From: a virus
Lineage: Duplodnaviria > Caudoviricetes
Length of the DNA: 47,234 bases
Virus record (IMG/VR): IMGVR_UViG_3300008255_000181
Span: 1 to 47,234 of that record
Direction: 5' to 3' (one strand)
Shown here: piece by piece, positions 28,916-37,223 of the stretch
Layout: every line of letters starts with the position of its first letter
Numbering within the stretch: the first letter of the stretch is position 1
Notes under the pieces: model-generated
The model's database searches: none
What the model was told of the DNA's origin: nothing
The model's input: the letters and a program-made list of their open reading frames with translations, nothing else
Made by a program: the position numbers and the translations under genes

Positions 28916-29660
28916 GTCCTGTGACTTTCATATTTCTGTATAGCCCATTGACCGTAAACTTATTAGCTGTATTGACAAGTGTTTGCGTATAATCTACGTC
29001 CCCGAGCTTAAGAGCTCTATTAAGAGCTGCATCAGCGCTGTCTATAGTTGCTACAACAGAAGGTGTCTCGTTTATTCCACACAATAAAGACGTGCCATCA
29101 TACACAATCTTAACCTCGTTAAAGGAATCCTTAAGGAAGTCTGGATTGTATATTGAATACACGTTAACTCCGTTAACTATAAGACCCATCCCGTAAAGAG
29201 ATGTTACTGGGTCTCTCATCTCTACCAAAGTAAAACCATTAGCCCCGTCAGCCCCAGTAGAGAAAGACATTATGGGAGCGCTGAAGTTAGCAGAGTAACC
29301 TTTATTCTGGTTAGACCACTCAAAAGATAAGGAGAAGTACGGGGTCATAGGTTGAGCTGTTGAATGCAAACCTGCGCCAGTTGTTGTAGGGGAACGAATC
29401 TCAAGCCAATCAGAAGAACCGTTGCTAATTATAGTTATAGTCCCAAACTTGAAGAGATCCCCCCAAGCTCCGGTATTAACATAAGGGTCGATAGAATCTG
29501 CGAAATTATTCTCCCACAGCACTTGCCCTATCTCTATGTTGTACCCTCCAGCACCGTCGTCGGTAACTATACAATTATTACCTGCGGATATAGATCTTAC
29601 GTAGTTATTATTCTTATTCAAGAACTCTGTGGATATCTGATTGTAGTCTATCTCTGACAT
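28908..29660 (-). CDS. Fibre-associated protein with lectin/ConA-like C-terminal region
   Basis: Beta-rich, VKIVYDG; N-terminus paralogous to the two upstream ORFs. Confidence 0.55.
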   Translation of the reverse strand: MSEIDYNQISTEFLNKNNNYVRSISAGNNCIVTDDGAGGYNIEIGQVLWENNFADSIDPYVNTGAWGDLFKFGTITIISNGSSDWLEIRSPTTTGAGLHSTAQPMTPYFSLSFEWSNQNKGYSANFSAPIMSFSTGADGANGFTLVEMRDPVTSLYGMGLIVNGVNVYSIYNPDFLKDSFNEVKIVYDGTSLLCGINETPSVVATIDSADAALNRALKLGDVDYTQTLVNTANKFTVNGLYRNMKVTGLV

Positions 29661-29664
29661 AAGA

Positions 29665-30255
29665 TTACTCTATTACGATAGTATAAGTTTCACCGGAGAC
29701 TAAAAGATCTGTAGTGTTATCGTAAGTCCCCCCTCCGTCCTCCCATTCTATAAGAAGATAGTTATCTCCAGAAGAATTAGTTCCAGTGGAGGTGATGTCT
29801 GAAGATGCTACAGTATACACTTTAGCCCCTATAGTAATATCTGTTATTGCCGTAGGGCTCATAGATGGCAGACCTGTAGGGCTTGTTACTTCTATTCTAA
29901 AATTCTTAATAGAGAAAGGGCCGCCCCCGTACAGAGTTCCTAGCACGTCTATAGTGTAAGATACCCCAGAATGGATAAGAGTATTGCTTGGGGCTATTGT
30001 TCCTACTGTTGTGCCTATACTGCTCCCATCCCCGGTAGAGTAACCAGAGAAAGCACTATCATCGCCAGCGACAATGCTACCACTAAATAAAGAAGATGGA
30101 GGTAGAACTATTTCACCAACATGGACTGTAATATTACCAATGCCGTCATCAACAAAGAATATGTTATCAGCTGTTGTACCAAGGCTCTTAATATGCGGAG
30201 TAGAGATAGGTATGTAAGTCTCCCGTAACTGGTTATCTTTTACCTTAGTTGTCAT
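29665..30255 (-). CDS. Fibre-associated virion protein
   Basis: Ser/Thr/Gly-rich; shared N-terminal module. Confidence 0.55.
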   Translation of the reverse strand: MTTKVKDNQLRETYIPISTPHIKSLGTTADNIFFVDDGIGNITVHVGEIVLPPSSLFSGSIVAGDDSAFSGYSTGDGSSIGTTVGTIAPSNTLIHSGVSYTIDVLGTLYGGGPFSIKNFRIEVTSPTGLPSMSPTAITDITIGAKVYTVASSDITSTGTNSSGDNYLLIEWEDGGGTYDNTTDLLVSGETYTIVIE

Positions 30256-30409
30256 TTATTACTCCGGTAAGTTTGGGGGCAGTTATAGTTAAGTTACCAT
30301 TACCATCGTCAACTATTGTGAAGGTTGAAGATGTGACTGAGATAGTTATAACATCTCCAACCTTTGCAAGGTCTGGTCTTATCTGGTTGTCATCAACAAG
30401 TGTAGTCAT
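30245..30409 (-). CDS. 54-aa protein consisting of the shared N-terminal module only (not in ORF track)
   Basis: MTTLVDDNQIRPDLAKVGDVITISVTSSTFTIVDDGNGNLTITAPKLTGVINDN; fills the gap exactly. Confidence 0.75.
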   Translation of the reverse strand: MTTLVDDNQIRPDLAKVGDVITISVTSSTFTIVDDGNGNLTITAPKLTGVINDN

Positions 30410-30416
30410 ATACAAC

Positions 30417-31676
30417 CTACGTCTTAATAAAGTAAGGGAAAGCTATGTTAATAGGGCGGGTCTCTGTGCCGCCTGTTGGAGCCGTGTCGTAATTAGAATT
30501 AGTTCCTGCGGTTGCACTGTATCCCCATGCAGTTGTGTTACTACCGCCCCCATCGTACTGCTCAAATATGGCATAGTTACCATGGGAGTGAGACTCAAGT
30601 TCATCACTCTGAACAGTTCCAATAACACGGTTAGGGTCTGCGCCGCCGGGGGTTGGATTCAAACATCTGACAAAATACCCCATCATGTTAGGTGTATTGA
30701 ATGTTGTAGAACCGTCCCCTACTCCGTAGGTAGTGCCTATCAGAGCAAAGAGTCTGCTGTAAGTAGTACGACTAGCTTGTCGTCCATCGCAATGAAGCCA
30801 ACCAGCTTTAGGTGTATTGTCTACAAACGGTACAATAGCGCCAGTGAAGAACATAGCATTGTCGTCACCGCCTGAACCTCCATTCTCATCTAACCAAGCT
30901 GTTGATACGTCAGTAGTCGCAGATGCTATATCTGCTTTCATTGTATCGAGTTGATCGTTCAACTGTACAGCTCCTGATAGGTCAGAAGGGGTATACGTGA
31001 TATTAGCAGCGTCTGCAAGATCAATCAGAGTTAAGTCCACACCATCTAAATAATCTTTAAGAGAGGTAGTACTAGCTCCTGAAGTATGAGATACTGCATT
31101 ACTGTCTGTAACTGTGTTAGTAGTTGTGTCGTTAGCTCTCACAGTAATCATATCTGTAGAAACTAAAGGAGGTGTCACTGTAATCTGAGTAGTACTGTCT
31201 TCTGTAAAATCAACACCTGTCGTCTGTGTTAGGCCATTACGAATAACTACCACATTGTTTACACCGGGGATGTAAGTCATAGTGGTTAGGGTTACTACAG
31301 TTTGCCCTGAGGAGAAACCTGTTTGATTTTCAGTTCGTTGAACTACAAAGCCTGTACCTGCATCAGCTATTGCCAAAGCAACAGCGATATCCACAGCATT
31401 CTGGATAGCTACACCGACACTGCCGCTTGAGATAGAATCTACAATAGCATCTCTAAGCTGGCGCATCGTAGCGCCATCAGAATCTTCTATACCATCAGCT
31501 TGGTTAATGACACGGAAGTTACCCATGTCTAACTCAATCTCCATAGCATTATCAAGATTGCCTGTACGATCCAATGCTTTGTTTAAGGCTTCTTCAACAA
31601 GGGTGTTGTTAGCTGTATGAGAGGAAGCTGAAAGGAAGCCACTCTGTATATCTCGTAGGGTTGCTTTTACACCCAT
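30417..31676 (-). CDS. Tail fibre protein with tail-collar domain
   Basis: GAIVPF...GWLHCDG...SRTTYSRLFALIGTTYGVGDGSTTFNTP...ETRPINIA. Confidence 0.88.
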   Translation of the reverse strand: MGVKATLRDIQSGFLSASSHTANNTLVEEALNKALDRTGNLDNAMEIELDMGNFRVINQADGIEDSDGATMRQLRDAIVDSISSGSVGVAIQNAVDIAVALAIADAGTGFVVQRTENQTGFSSGQTVVTLTTMTYIPGVNNVVVIRNGLTQTTGVDFTEDSTTQITVTPPLVSTDMITVRANDTTTNTVTDSNAVSHTSGASTTSLKDYLDGVDLTLIDLADAANITYTPSDLSGAVQLNDQLDTMKADIASATTDVSTAWLDENGGSGGDDNAMFFTGAIVPFVDNTPKAGWLHCDGRQASRTTYSRLFALIGTTYGVGDGSTTFNTPNMMGYFVRCLNPTPGGADPNRVIGTVQSDELESHSHGNYAIFEQYDGGGSNTTAWGYSATAGTNSNYDTAPTGGTETRPINIAFPYFIKT

Positions 31677-31677
31677 A

Positions 31678-33459
31678 TTAAAAATTCCTCCAGTCTGTAG
31701 GGGACAGTCCTTTGAAGCCTGCTGCTTTCTGAGCCTTAGCTTCTAATTCATTAAATGCTTCATCATCTTCTGATGTAACTTGTCTATAGTAAGCTTTTGC
31801 TAGTTCATTAAATTGATTACTATCTAACCCCGTTTGCTGCTTAAAGAACTCAATAGCACTCTGATTAAAATAGAAGTACTCGTTAATCAATGCTGGATCA
31901 AACAATCTTGGGTTCATAGCTTCAACTGTTAGTGAAGTTAAGCTGGGTCTTATAACCACAGAGCCTGATTGTATACTTGGAGAACTCACTAACGATGTTA
32001 GCTGAGTAACCGCTGCTTGTATTATATCACCTGTTAGTAAGGAAGGTAAGTACGTAGACAATGTTAAAGATGTTAATACAGGGGTAACAAATTGTTCATA
32101 AGGTATAGCGGGTTCATTAACTGAACTGACTAAGCTCACTAAGCTAGGGTTGATAACGTACAACAAGTATGCTGTTATATCTGGAACACTTACTGTTAAG
32201 CTTGTAAGTGCTGGTGATATAAGTGTAACAGCCGCTAGGCTAGGATTACTTATAAGTAAGCTTAAGCTTAATAGCTCTGGGCTTATTGTTACAGCTCCGG
32301 GGAGTACACTTAAGTTATTCACAGTAGCCGTTAAAGATAGCAACGCTGGGCTTATTGTTGTAAGACCTGAAGGTATTGTTATCTGGTTAACAGCTAGTGC
32401 CAGTGCTGTTAAAGCTGGTGATATTGTTACAGCTCCTGCTTGTAAGCTTGGAGACAATACAGATAGAGTCTCTGATACTAGCGCAGGGAGTATAGTAGCT
32501 CCTCCGCCAGCTGCAACATAATAATCCGCGCCTAAGCCAAACGTGCTATCACTTGGGCGCGTGTCGCCATCTATGTCATCAGTAAACGTAGCTGATAGGT
32601 CGGCAGAGGCTATGCCAAATAAATTTAAGCTTGTATCAGTTAGATGAAAGTCGCCTGCCGTATGATCTGTAAAATATGTGGCGTAGCTGGTTTTGCCTGT
32701 CGCTACCGTTGTTCCGGGAGCTGTCGCGTCTGAACTTACGTTATAATCTGTACCAGCTCCAAATGTTCCGCTATAATCGGAGGTCACATTACCAAGAGAT
32801 ACGTTGTTTATTGCGTACAGATTTCCGTTGTTTGCACGGATACCTCCGTCGCAACCGTAAACAGTATTATTGTATACATAGGTATTACCGTAGCTTTGGT
32901 AGATACCGTAGCCTGAACTCCCTGTATAACCATAAACAATGTTATTATAAATAAAATTATCAGCTGTTGTACCAGTAGATCCCTGAAATATCCCAAATCG
33001 AGGATTTATTTCAATCGGATTAGAATTTTTAATAATATTATTAGATACTGTTATACCATACGTAGGGTTTGTATGCTGTATGCCAGTCTGCTGGTAATTT
33101 CCTATACCGACAGCGTCTATTACCACCCCATCAATAGTTGTGTAGTGTTGGCGGATGTCGAACACTGGAGATGTAGCCTCTACCCGCATTGTATAGATAT
33201 AATTTCCATCACTGTCGCGGGTATCTGCGAACTTACCTTCATGCCTATGCGCTACATTTACAATGATCTTAGGAATTACGCCTGTACCCCACCCGTTGAT
33301 GGCACAATAGCTTGTGTCTTTTGTTGGGCCTGTCCTTTTACAGTCCGCTATTACTATATCACCCGATGTATAGAGTCCACCTTCTCCGGCTTCCCACAGC
33401 CGGAGTGATAAATAATCTGACCCGCCGTTCGGGTCAACCGTCTTAGTAAAAGTAGCCAT
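31678..33459 (-). CDS. Virion protein with right-handed beta-helix domain and C-terminal repeats
   Basis: IYNNIVYG/VYNNTVYG repeats, DIDGDTRP..GAD, about 9 repeats of TISPALTSL type. Confidence 0.7.
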   Translation of the reverse strand: MATFTKTVDPNGGSDYLSLRLWEAGEGGLYTSGDIVIADCKRTGPTKDTSYCAINGWGTGVIPKIIVNVAHRHEGKFADTRDSDGNYIYTMRVEATSPVFDIRQHYTTIDGVVIDAVGIGNYQQTGIQHTNPTYGITVSNNIIKNSNPIEINPRFGIFQGSTGTTADNFIYNNIVYGYTGSSGYGIYQSYGNTYVYNNTVYGCDGGIRANNGNLYAINNVSLGNVTSDYSGTFGAGTDYNVSSDATAPGTTVATGKTSYATYFTDHTAGDFHLTDTSLNLFGIASADLSATFTDDIDGDTRPSDSTFGLGADYYVAAGGGATILPALVSETLSVLSPSLQAGAVTISPALTALALAVNQITIPSGLTTISPALLSLTATVNNLSVLPGAVTISPELLSLSLLISNPSLAAVTLISPALTSLTVSVPDITAYLLYVINPSLVSLVSSVNEPAIPYEQFVTPVLTSLTLSTYLPSLLTGDIIQAAVTQLTSLVSSPSIQSGSVVIRPSLTSLTVEAMNPRLFDPALINEYFYFNQSAIEFFKQQTGLDSNQFNELAKAYYRQVTSEDDEAFNELEAKAQKAAGFKGLSPTDWRNF

Positions 33460-33866
33460 TACAGATCATCGCTCATATCAACATTCAAAAGATTATCACG
33501 CAAATATCCTCTTACCTGCGGCCATGTGTAATCATATTCGCCCGTATAATCTCCCGCTTTGATCACGACACGCCCTAGGCTTTGAAATTTCTGCTTGGCT
33601 TTAGTGGGAAGATCAGCACCGCGCAATATCAAGCGACGACGAGCAATGATAGGAGCTTCAGCTTCCGCTCCGGCTCCGTAGTGAGGTTCAAACAATTTCG
33701 CAATAATGGGATGATCTGTGGGGATACCGGGAATGCTCAGTATATAAAAACGATCACGTCCGGTTGTTGTTTCTGCGAGGCCGTCGGCGGTGGCCTGCAC
33801 AGGCATATACTGAGCATACCCACCTTCGTCCTGATTATGATACTTAGTGAACCAGATATCGCACAT
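33459..33866 (-). CDS. Hypothetical protein
   Basis: Stop overlaps the start of the next gene. Confidence 0.55.
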   Translation of the reverse strand: MCDIWFTKYHNQDEGGYAQYMPVQATADGLAETTTGRDRFYILSIPGIPTDHPIIAKLFEPHYGAGAEAEAPIIARRRLILRGADLPTKAKQKFQSLGRVVIKAGDYTGEYDYTWPQVRGYLRDNLLNVDMSDDL

Positions 33867-33886
33867 AGCAAACCCTATATAATGAA

Positions 33887-34030
33887 CTACAGAGATTCAT
33901 ACTCTGACTGTAAACGTTTCTTCTTATCTTGTAAGACTTGAATAGCACGATCAGCCTCTAACTTCTCTGCCATAAGTTTCTTCTTCTTCAGATCTCGGTA
34001 GACTGTCTTTACCAAATCTATAATAAGCAT
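33887..34030 (-). CDS. 47-aa basic coiled-coil protein (not in ORF track)
   Basis: MLIIDLVKTVYRDLKKKKLMAEKLEADRAIQVLQDKKKRLQSEYESL; TAATG coupling with upstream gene. Confidence 0.55.
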   Translation of the reverse strand: MLIIDLVKTVYRDLKKKKLMAEKLEADRAIQVLQDKKKRLQSEYESL

Positions 34031-34440
34031 TATGATATACTCACAATTCCAGAAGCGTTCCAAGAAATAGTAGCGTCCCCACCATTAGGAGTGAAGGGTA
34101 ACGATGAATCTGAAGTGGAGTCAATGTACACAAGTAGTTGTGATGTACCTTCAACACCAGTGTCTTTATAGACAACTAGAGATTCAACTGTTGCTCCTGT
34201 TACACCTGTGATTGTGATATCAGCTGCATTAACAACACCAGCTGTAATTGTCTTACTTGCTAAGTTACCTGATGTAGCTACCCGGGCACCGACCACAATG
34301 TCCGATAAGAACGAATCAGTTGCTGGCACTGGTGTATCTGTTCCGTGATCAACCATGACAACCTTAATGTTATCAGTAGACCAATCAATACTTCCTGACC
34401 AGAGTGCTTCTAGTCCTGAGTTAAACATTGCGTTTGCCAT
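34030..34440 (-). CDS. Probable virion structural protein
   Basis: MANAMFNSG...IDW.TDNIKV...LP.TPNGGD.TI.WNASGI pattern. Confidence 0.65.
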   Translation of the reverse strand: MANAMFNSGLEALWSGSIDWSTDNIKVVMVDHGTDTPVPATDSFLSDIVVGARVATSGNLASKTITAGVVNAADITITGVTGATVESLVVYKDTGVEGTSQLLVYIDSTSDSSLPFTPNGGDATISWNASGIVSIS

Positions 34441-34463
34441 TTAATAAACCCTTTTAATTAATA

Positions 34464-34856
34464 CTATTGTACACAGCCTATACAGCTGATCTCTACTTTA
34501 AATGTAACAGGAGCTGCTGGAGCTGGTGTTACTTCTTCTGGGATATACAGACCTATAGGATCTGAGTAACTTCCAGTAGCTCCGCCATCTGCAACTGTAG
34601 CTATCTGAAATACATGAACACCTGAAGACGCCGATGAAACAATGTATTCTAAAGTATCTGCACCGTCAACGTAGATGTCGTCAAGTCTTATATTATCATC
34701 CCAACGTTTAATGTAGTAACCATTAATGTCAGTTGATAACAGCTCAGTGTTGTCTGCTCTAAGAACAGGCTTGTCCCATATCAGCTGCACATCAGACTCT
34801 GCGAAAACAAAGGTTGAAGCTGTAAGAAGTAAACCCGCTATAATCTTTTTAATCAA
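34464..34856 (-). CDS. Exported protein with fibronectin type III-like domain
   Basis: Signal peptide MIKKIIAGLLLTASTFVFA; L.WDKP...INGY.I...F.IATV...YSD. Confidence 0.7.
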   Translation of the reverse strand: MIKKIIAGLLLTASTFVFAESDVQLIWDKPVLRADNTELLSTDINGYYIKRWDDNIRLDDIYVDGADTLEYIVSSASSGVHVFQIATVADGGATGSYSDPIGLYIPEEVTPAPAAPVTFKVEISCIGCVQ

Positions 34857-35061
34857 GACAAAGCTCCTTGTATATGTTGTAGTGTGTGACTATCTCATCT
34901 AGTGTATCCACTGTGAAAGAGTCCCCATCTCTAATCAGAACTATCTGAGCTTTTGCGCAAGGTATCGTTTTTTCCACGCTCACGTAACTCTGAGATGAGC
35001 AACTTACGATAATCAGGATCATCGACAGCAGCCCTAGCAGCTTCAGCTTTTGCAACAGCAT
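34849..35061 (-). CDS. Probable o-spanin (Rz1-like lipoprotein), start ATG 35061
   Basis: GAGGAG SD, hydrophobic stretch and lipobox IVSC; overlaps i-spanin in another frame. Confidence 0.7.
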   Translation of the reverse strand: MLLQKLKLLGLLSMILIIVSCSSQSYVSVEKTIPCAKAQIVLIRDGDSFTVDTLDEIVTHYNIYKELCLD

Positions 35062-35167
35062 CCAGTAACTCCTCTCGTTGTTTAAGTTTCTCACCTGACT
35101 TACCTTCTCTGATTGAGAAGTAAACCACTACACCAAGTAATGCACCTATCACCAGTAACTCAATCAT
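34931..35167 (-). CDS. Probable i-spanin (Rz-like)
   Basis: N-terminal TM then short coiled coil; contains lipoprotein start. Confidence 0.65.
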   Translation of the reverse strand: MIELLVIGALLGVVVYFSIREGKSGEKLKQREELLDAVAKAEAARAAVDDPDYRKLLISELRERGKNDTLRKSSDSSD

Positions 35168-35382
35168 TACTTATCTTCTTTCTTAGGTTCTGCCTCTTTC
35201 TTCTTGAAGAGGTTACGAATCTTATTTAGGATAGTAAGAGCTTTCTCAGCGTACACTTCATCTTTCTTACTCTTAGTTTTCTTAAGAATAGGGATGAGTG
35301 CAGCAATGATAGCACCAATAGCTACCAAATAAATATCAGCTGAAGATAGAAAACCTACAGCTTGCTCAATGTATTGTTCCAT
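35167..35382 (-). CDS. Probable holin
   Basis: One TM, TKSKKDE motif, charged tail; first late gene, upstream of spanins. Confidence 0.6.
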   Translation of the reverse strand: MEQYIEQAVGFLSSADIYLVAIGAIIAALIPILKKTKSKKDEVYAEKALTILNKIRNLFKKKEAEPKKEDK

Positions 35383-35495
35383 ATTATATCTCCAGCTTAA
35401 TGTTACTATATGAGGGCGGTGTGAACATTCTTCTCTCTAGTCCTTACGTCCTTGTCTTTCTATACGTTCTTTCGCCCTTTATCTTTTATTACTTA

Positions 35496-35525
35496 AGTAT
35501 ACGTGTTTTTTAATTAAAAGGTTGC
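35496..35525 (-). promoter_or_regulatory. Putative phage ECF-sigma promoter for the late arm
   Basis: GCAACCTTTT-AATTAAAAAA-CACGTATACT; AAC-N17-CGTA. Confidence 0.7.
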
Positions 35526-35587
35526 AAAAATATTTTAATTATTTTTGTGAAACTCTCAGCTTCCCTCTTTAGGGATCACTGGCCTTG

Positions 35588-35644
35588 TTCCTATTATCCC
35601 TTATTATCCCCTTACTCCTCCCCTAATGTCCCCTAAGTTCCCCG
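35588..35644. repeat. Short TCCC(C)T(T/A)A-type repeats with ~10-11 bp period; probable genome terminus region
   Basis: ctattatccc ttattatccc cttactcctc ccctaatgtc ccctaagttc ccc between divergent arms. Confidence 0.5.
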
Positions 35645-35745
35645 TGGATTGAGAAAAAGTAGGTCACGGAATTTATTGTAGATATTTTTTAGGGGTTTAA
35701 ATGCACCCATACGAACCCCCAAACCCCCTGCTCCCCCTCTTTTTA

Positions 35746-35761
35746 TGGCATGGTTGTTGCA
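35746..35761 (+). promoter_or_regulatory. Sigma54 -24/-12 element 1
   Basis: TGGCATGGTTGTTGCA, GG-N10-GC. Confidence 0.7.
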
Positions 35762-35793
35762 TGAACATTAATTTTCTGTAATAAATGGTGAAT

Positions 35794-35809
35794 TGGCATG
35801 AAAATTGCT
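35794..35809 (+). promoter_or_regulatory. Sigma54 -24/-12 element 2
   Basis: TGGCATGAAAATTGCT, GG-N10-GC. Confidence 0.75.
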
Positions 35810-35864
35810 TCAAAACCTTCCCTACTATATCCCTTCATCATTGTCAACAATTACCCCCTATTCT

Positions 35865-35885
35865 AAATGATAATCATTCTCATTT
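35865..35885. promoter_or_regulatory. Fur box
   Basis: AAATGATAATCATTCTCATTT, one mismatch to AATGATAAT-N-ATTATCATT. Confidence 0.8.
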
Positions 35886-35946
35886 GGATATTTCTATGCA
35901 TATAGTAGTATATCCTATTCGCTACCTTGTTCTACTCCTTAAAGTG

Positions 35947-35971
35947 TTACCGTTACCGTAAGTAACGGTAA
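35947..35971. promoter_or_regulatory. Inverted repeat, candidate upstream activator site
   Basis: TTACCGTTAC-CGTAA-GTAACGGTAA, about 110-135 bp upstream of the third sigma54 start. Confidence 0.5.
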
Positions 35972-36022
35972 AATGTTACACACTGTATCAATGTTACCTG
36001 TGTAATTATTGATCAATCGTTG

Positions 36023-36035
36023 TAAGTTATTGATT
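36023..36035 (-). promoter_or_regulatory. IHF binding site
   Basis: AATCAATAACTTA = WATCAA-N4-TTR, 20 bp upstream of a -24 element. Confidence 0.7.
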
Positions 36036-36054
36036 TATATAGTGTTTTTAAAGT

Positions 36055-36070
36055 TGGCACGCCATTGGCT
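36055..36070 (+). promoter_or_regulatory. Sigma54 -24/-12 element 3
   Basis: TGGCACGCCATTGGCT, GG-N10-GC, 40 bp before the first early ORF. Confidence 0.7.
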
Positions 36071-36109
36071 ATAGTACTAATCAAACAAACTGATAAAAGG
36101 TTTTATGCT

Positions 36110-36277
36110 ATGGCTACTACTGCTAAAGTAATTGAAATGTACACAGGGCGGTCTACGTCTGTTGATATAGTTAAAGAAACTAAGTGTTACTATACTGTTG
36201 ATTTTAACGGTATATGCACAAGGTTTCACAAGAAGACTATGACTAACTGGCAAATGCTGTTGTTAATCATAAACTGA
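36110..36277 (+). CDS. Small early protein (ATG 36110)
   Basis: First ORF after sigma54 element; VKETKCYY...RFHKKT. Confidence 0.6.
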   Translation: MATTAKVIEMYTGRSTSVDIVKETKCYYTVDFNGICTRFHKKTMTNWQMLLLIIN

Positions 36278-36291
36278 CACGAGGTGAAACT

Positions 36292-36378
36292 ATGTTTTAC
36301 TTAATCGTATTTATACTGCTATCATTGGCGCTCCTTAGTGCCTCGGGGCTCTTTTATTTAATTAGCGTGGTTGAATAG
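36292..36378 (+). CDS. 28-aa hydrophobic peptide
   Basis: GAGGTG SD; MFYLIVFILLSLALLSASGLFYLISVVE. Confidence 0.55.
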   Translation: MFYLIVFILLSLALLSASGLFYLISVVE

Positions 36379-36379
36379 T

Positions 36380-36532
36380 ATGGAATACTTACTAATCTTA
36401 AGTATGGCTGGCTTTTTTATTCATGGTGTATACATGATAAGAGAAGACAGGGCACAACAAAAGGCAAGGCTTAACCATGCGTTAAACCAGCGCATCTATA
36501 GTGTTGATCTATGGAAACGGGGGGATATATGA
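36380..36532 (+). CDS. 50-aa protein with N-terminal TM
   Basis: Coupled to neighbours; MEYLLILSMAGFFIHGVYMIREDR... Confidence 0.55.
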   Translation: MEYLLILSMAGFFIHGVYMIREDRAQQKARLNHALNQRIYSVDLWKRGDI

Positions 36533-36690
36533 GATACTTTATTGAAGGTTTAAAGACTGAATTTGACACGCAGACAGGCAAGCCGGCGCACTTGCATCTT
36601 AAGCGCTGGTTTAAGCTAAGACGGTCTATGCTTGCTATGCATGACAAGCTTGTTAAAGCTGGCTATTACGTAGTAGTCACTGAATTTTAA
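36529..36690 (+). CDS. 53-aa early protein
   Basis: ATGA overlap, G-rich SD. Confidence 0.55.
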   Translation: MRYFIEGLKTEFDTQTGKPAHLHLKRWFKLRRSMLAMHDKLVKAGYYVVVTEF

Positions 36691-37099
36691 ACATTACTAA
36701 ATGTTAATGATAAGTAGCTTTACATTATAGCCGTTATCCTTTAGAGTAGCGGCTATAGATAAAGCAACTGAATGCATGAGTTGGCATTTAACGCAGCACG
36801 ATTCTAAGCGGGTAGCTTTATTGGGGCAATGGAATTGCACCACCTATCTTTCGAGTATAGGCGCGCCTTTAAGTGGGCTATTAATAACCTTGTTTGCACT
36901 TAGTGTGCAAGGTGGTGGACTGTGTACTTTGTAAGCTATAGAAAAGACGACGATCTTTTTGGGGCACGTTATTGGTCAGAGTACGAGACCAACGGTATAT
37001 CTTATGGCATTGACTGGGAAACAGGTTTAAGCTGGTCACGCACTAAAGGTTGTACGCCCCAATACTACAGCAGTTTTCAGGCAGTTTATTAAACAGTGC

Positions 37100-37128
37100 T
37101 TGACAATGGATTAAAAGCCGCGTAGTAT
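37100..37128 (+). promoter_or_regulatory. Sigma70 early promoter 1
   Basis: TTGACA-N17-TAGTAT. Confidence 0.8.
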
Positions 37129-37194
37129 AGCGGCTAAGGTTGAAAGGATTCAACCAAGGCGACAGGAAGTTACCAAGTCAGGCAAACAAATCGC

Positions 37195-37223
37195 TTGACA
37201 AGGCCGCTAAAGTTTGAGACAAT
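37195..37223 (+). promoter_or_regulatory. Sigma70 early promoter 2
   Basis: TTGACA-N17-GACAAT. Confidence 0.75.

Noticed and set aside
30249-30875. 208-aa plus-strand ORF
   Set aside because: Antisense to the tail fibre and the 54-aa paralogue, which explain the region.
35821-35848. Leftward sigma70 promoter at TTGACA
   Set aside because: No -10 hexamer at 16-18 bp spacing.
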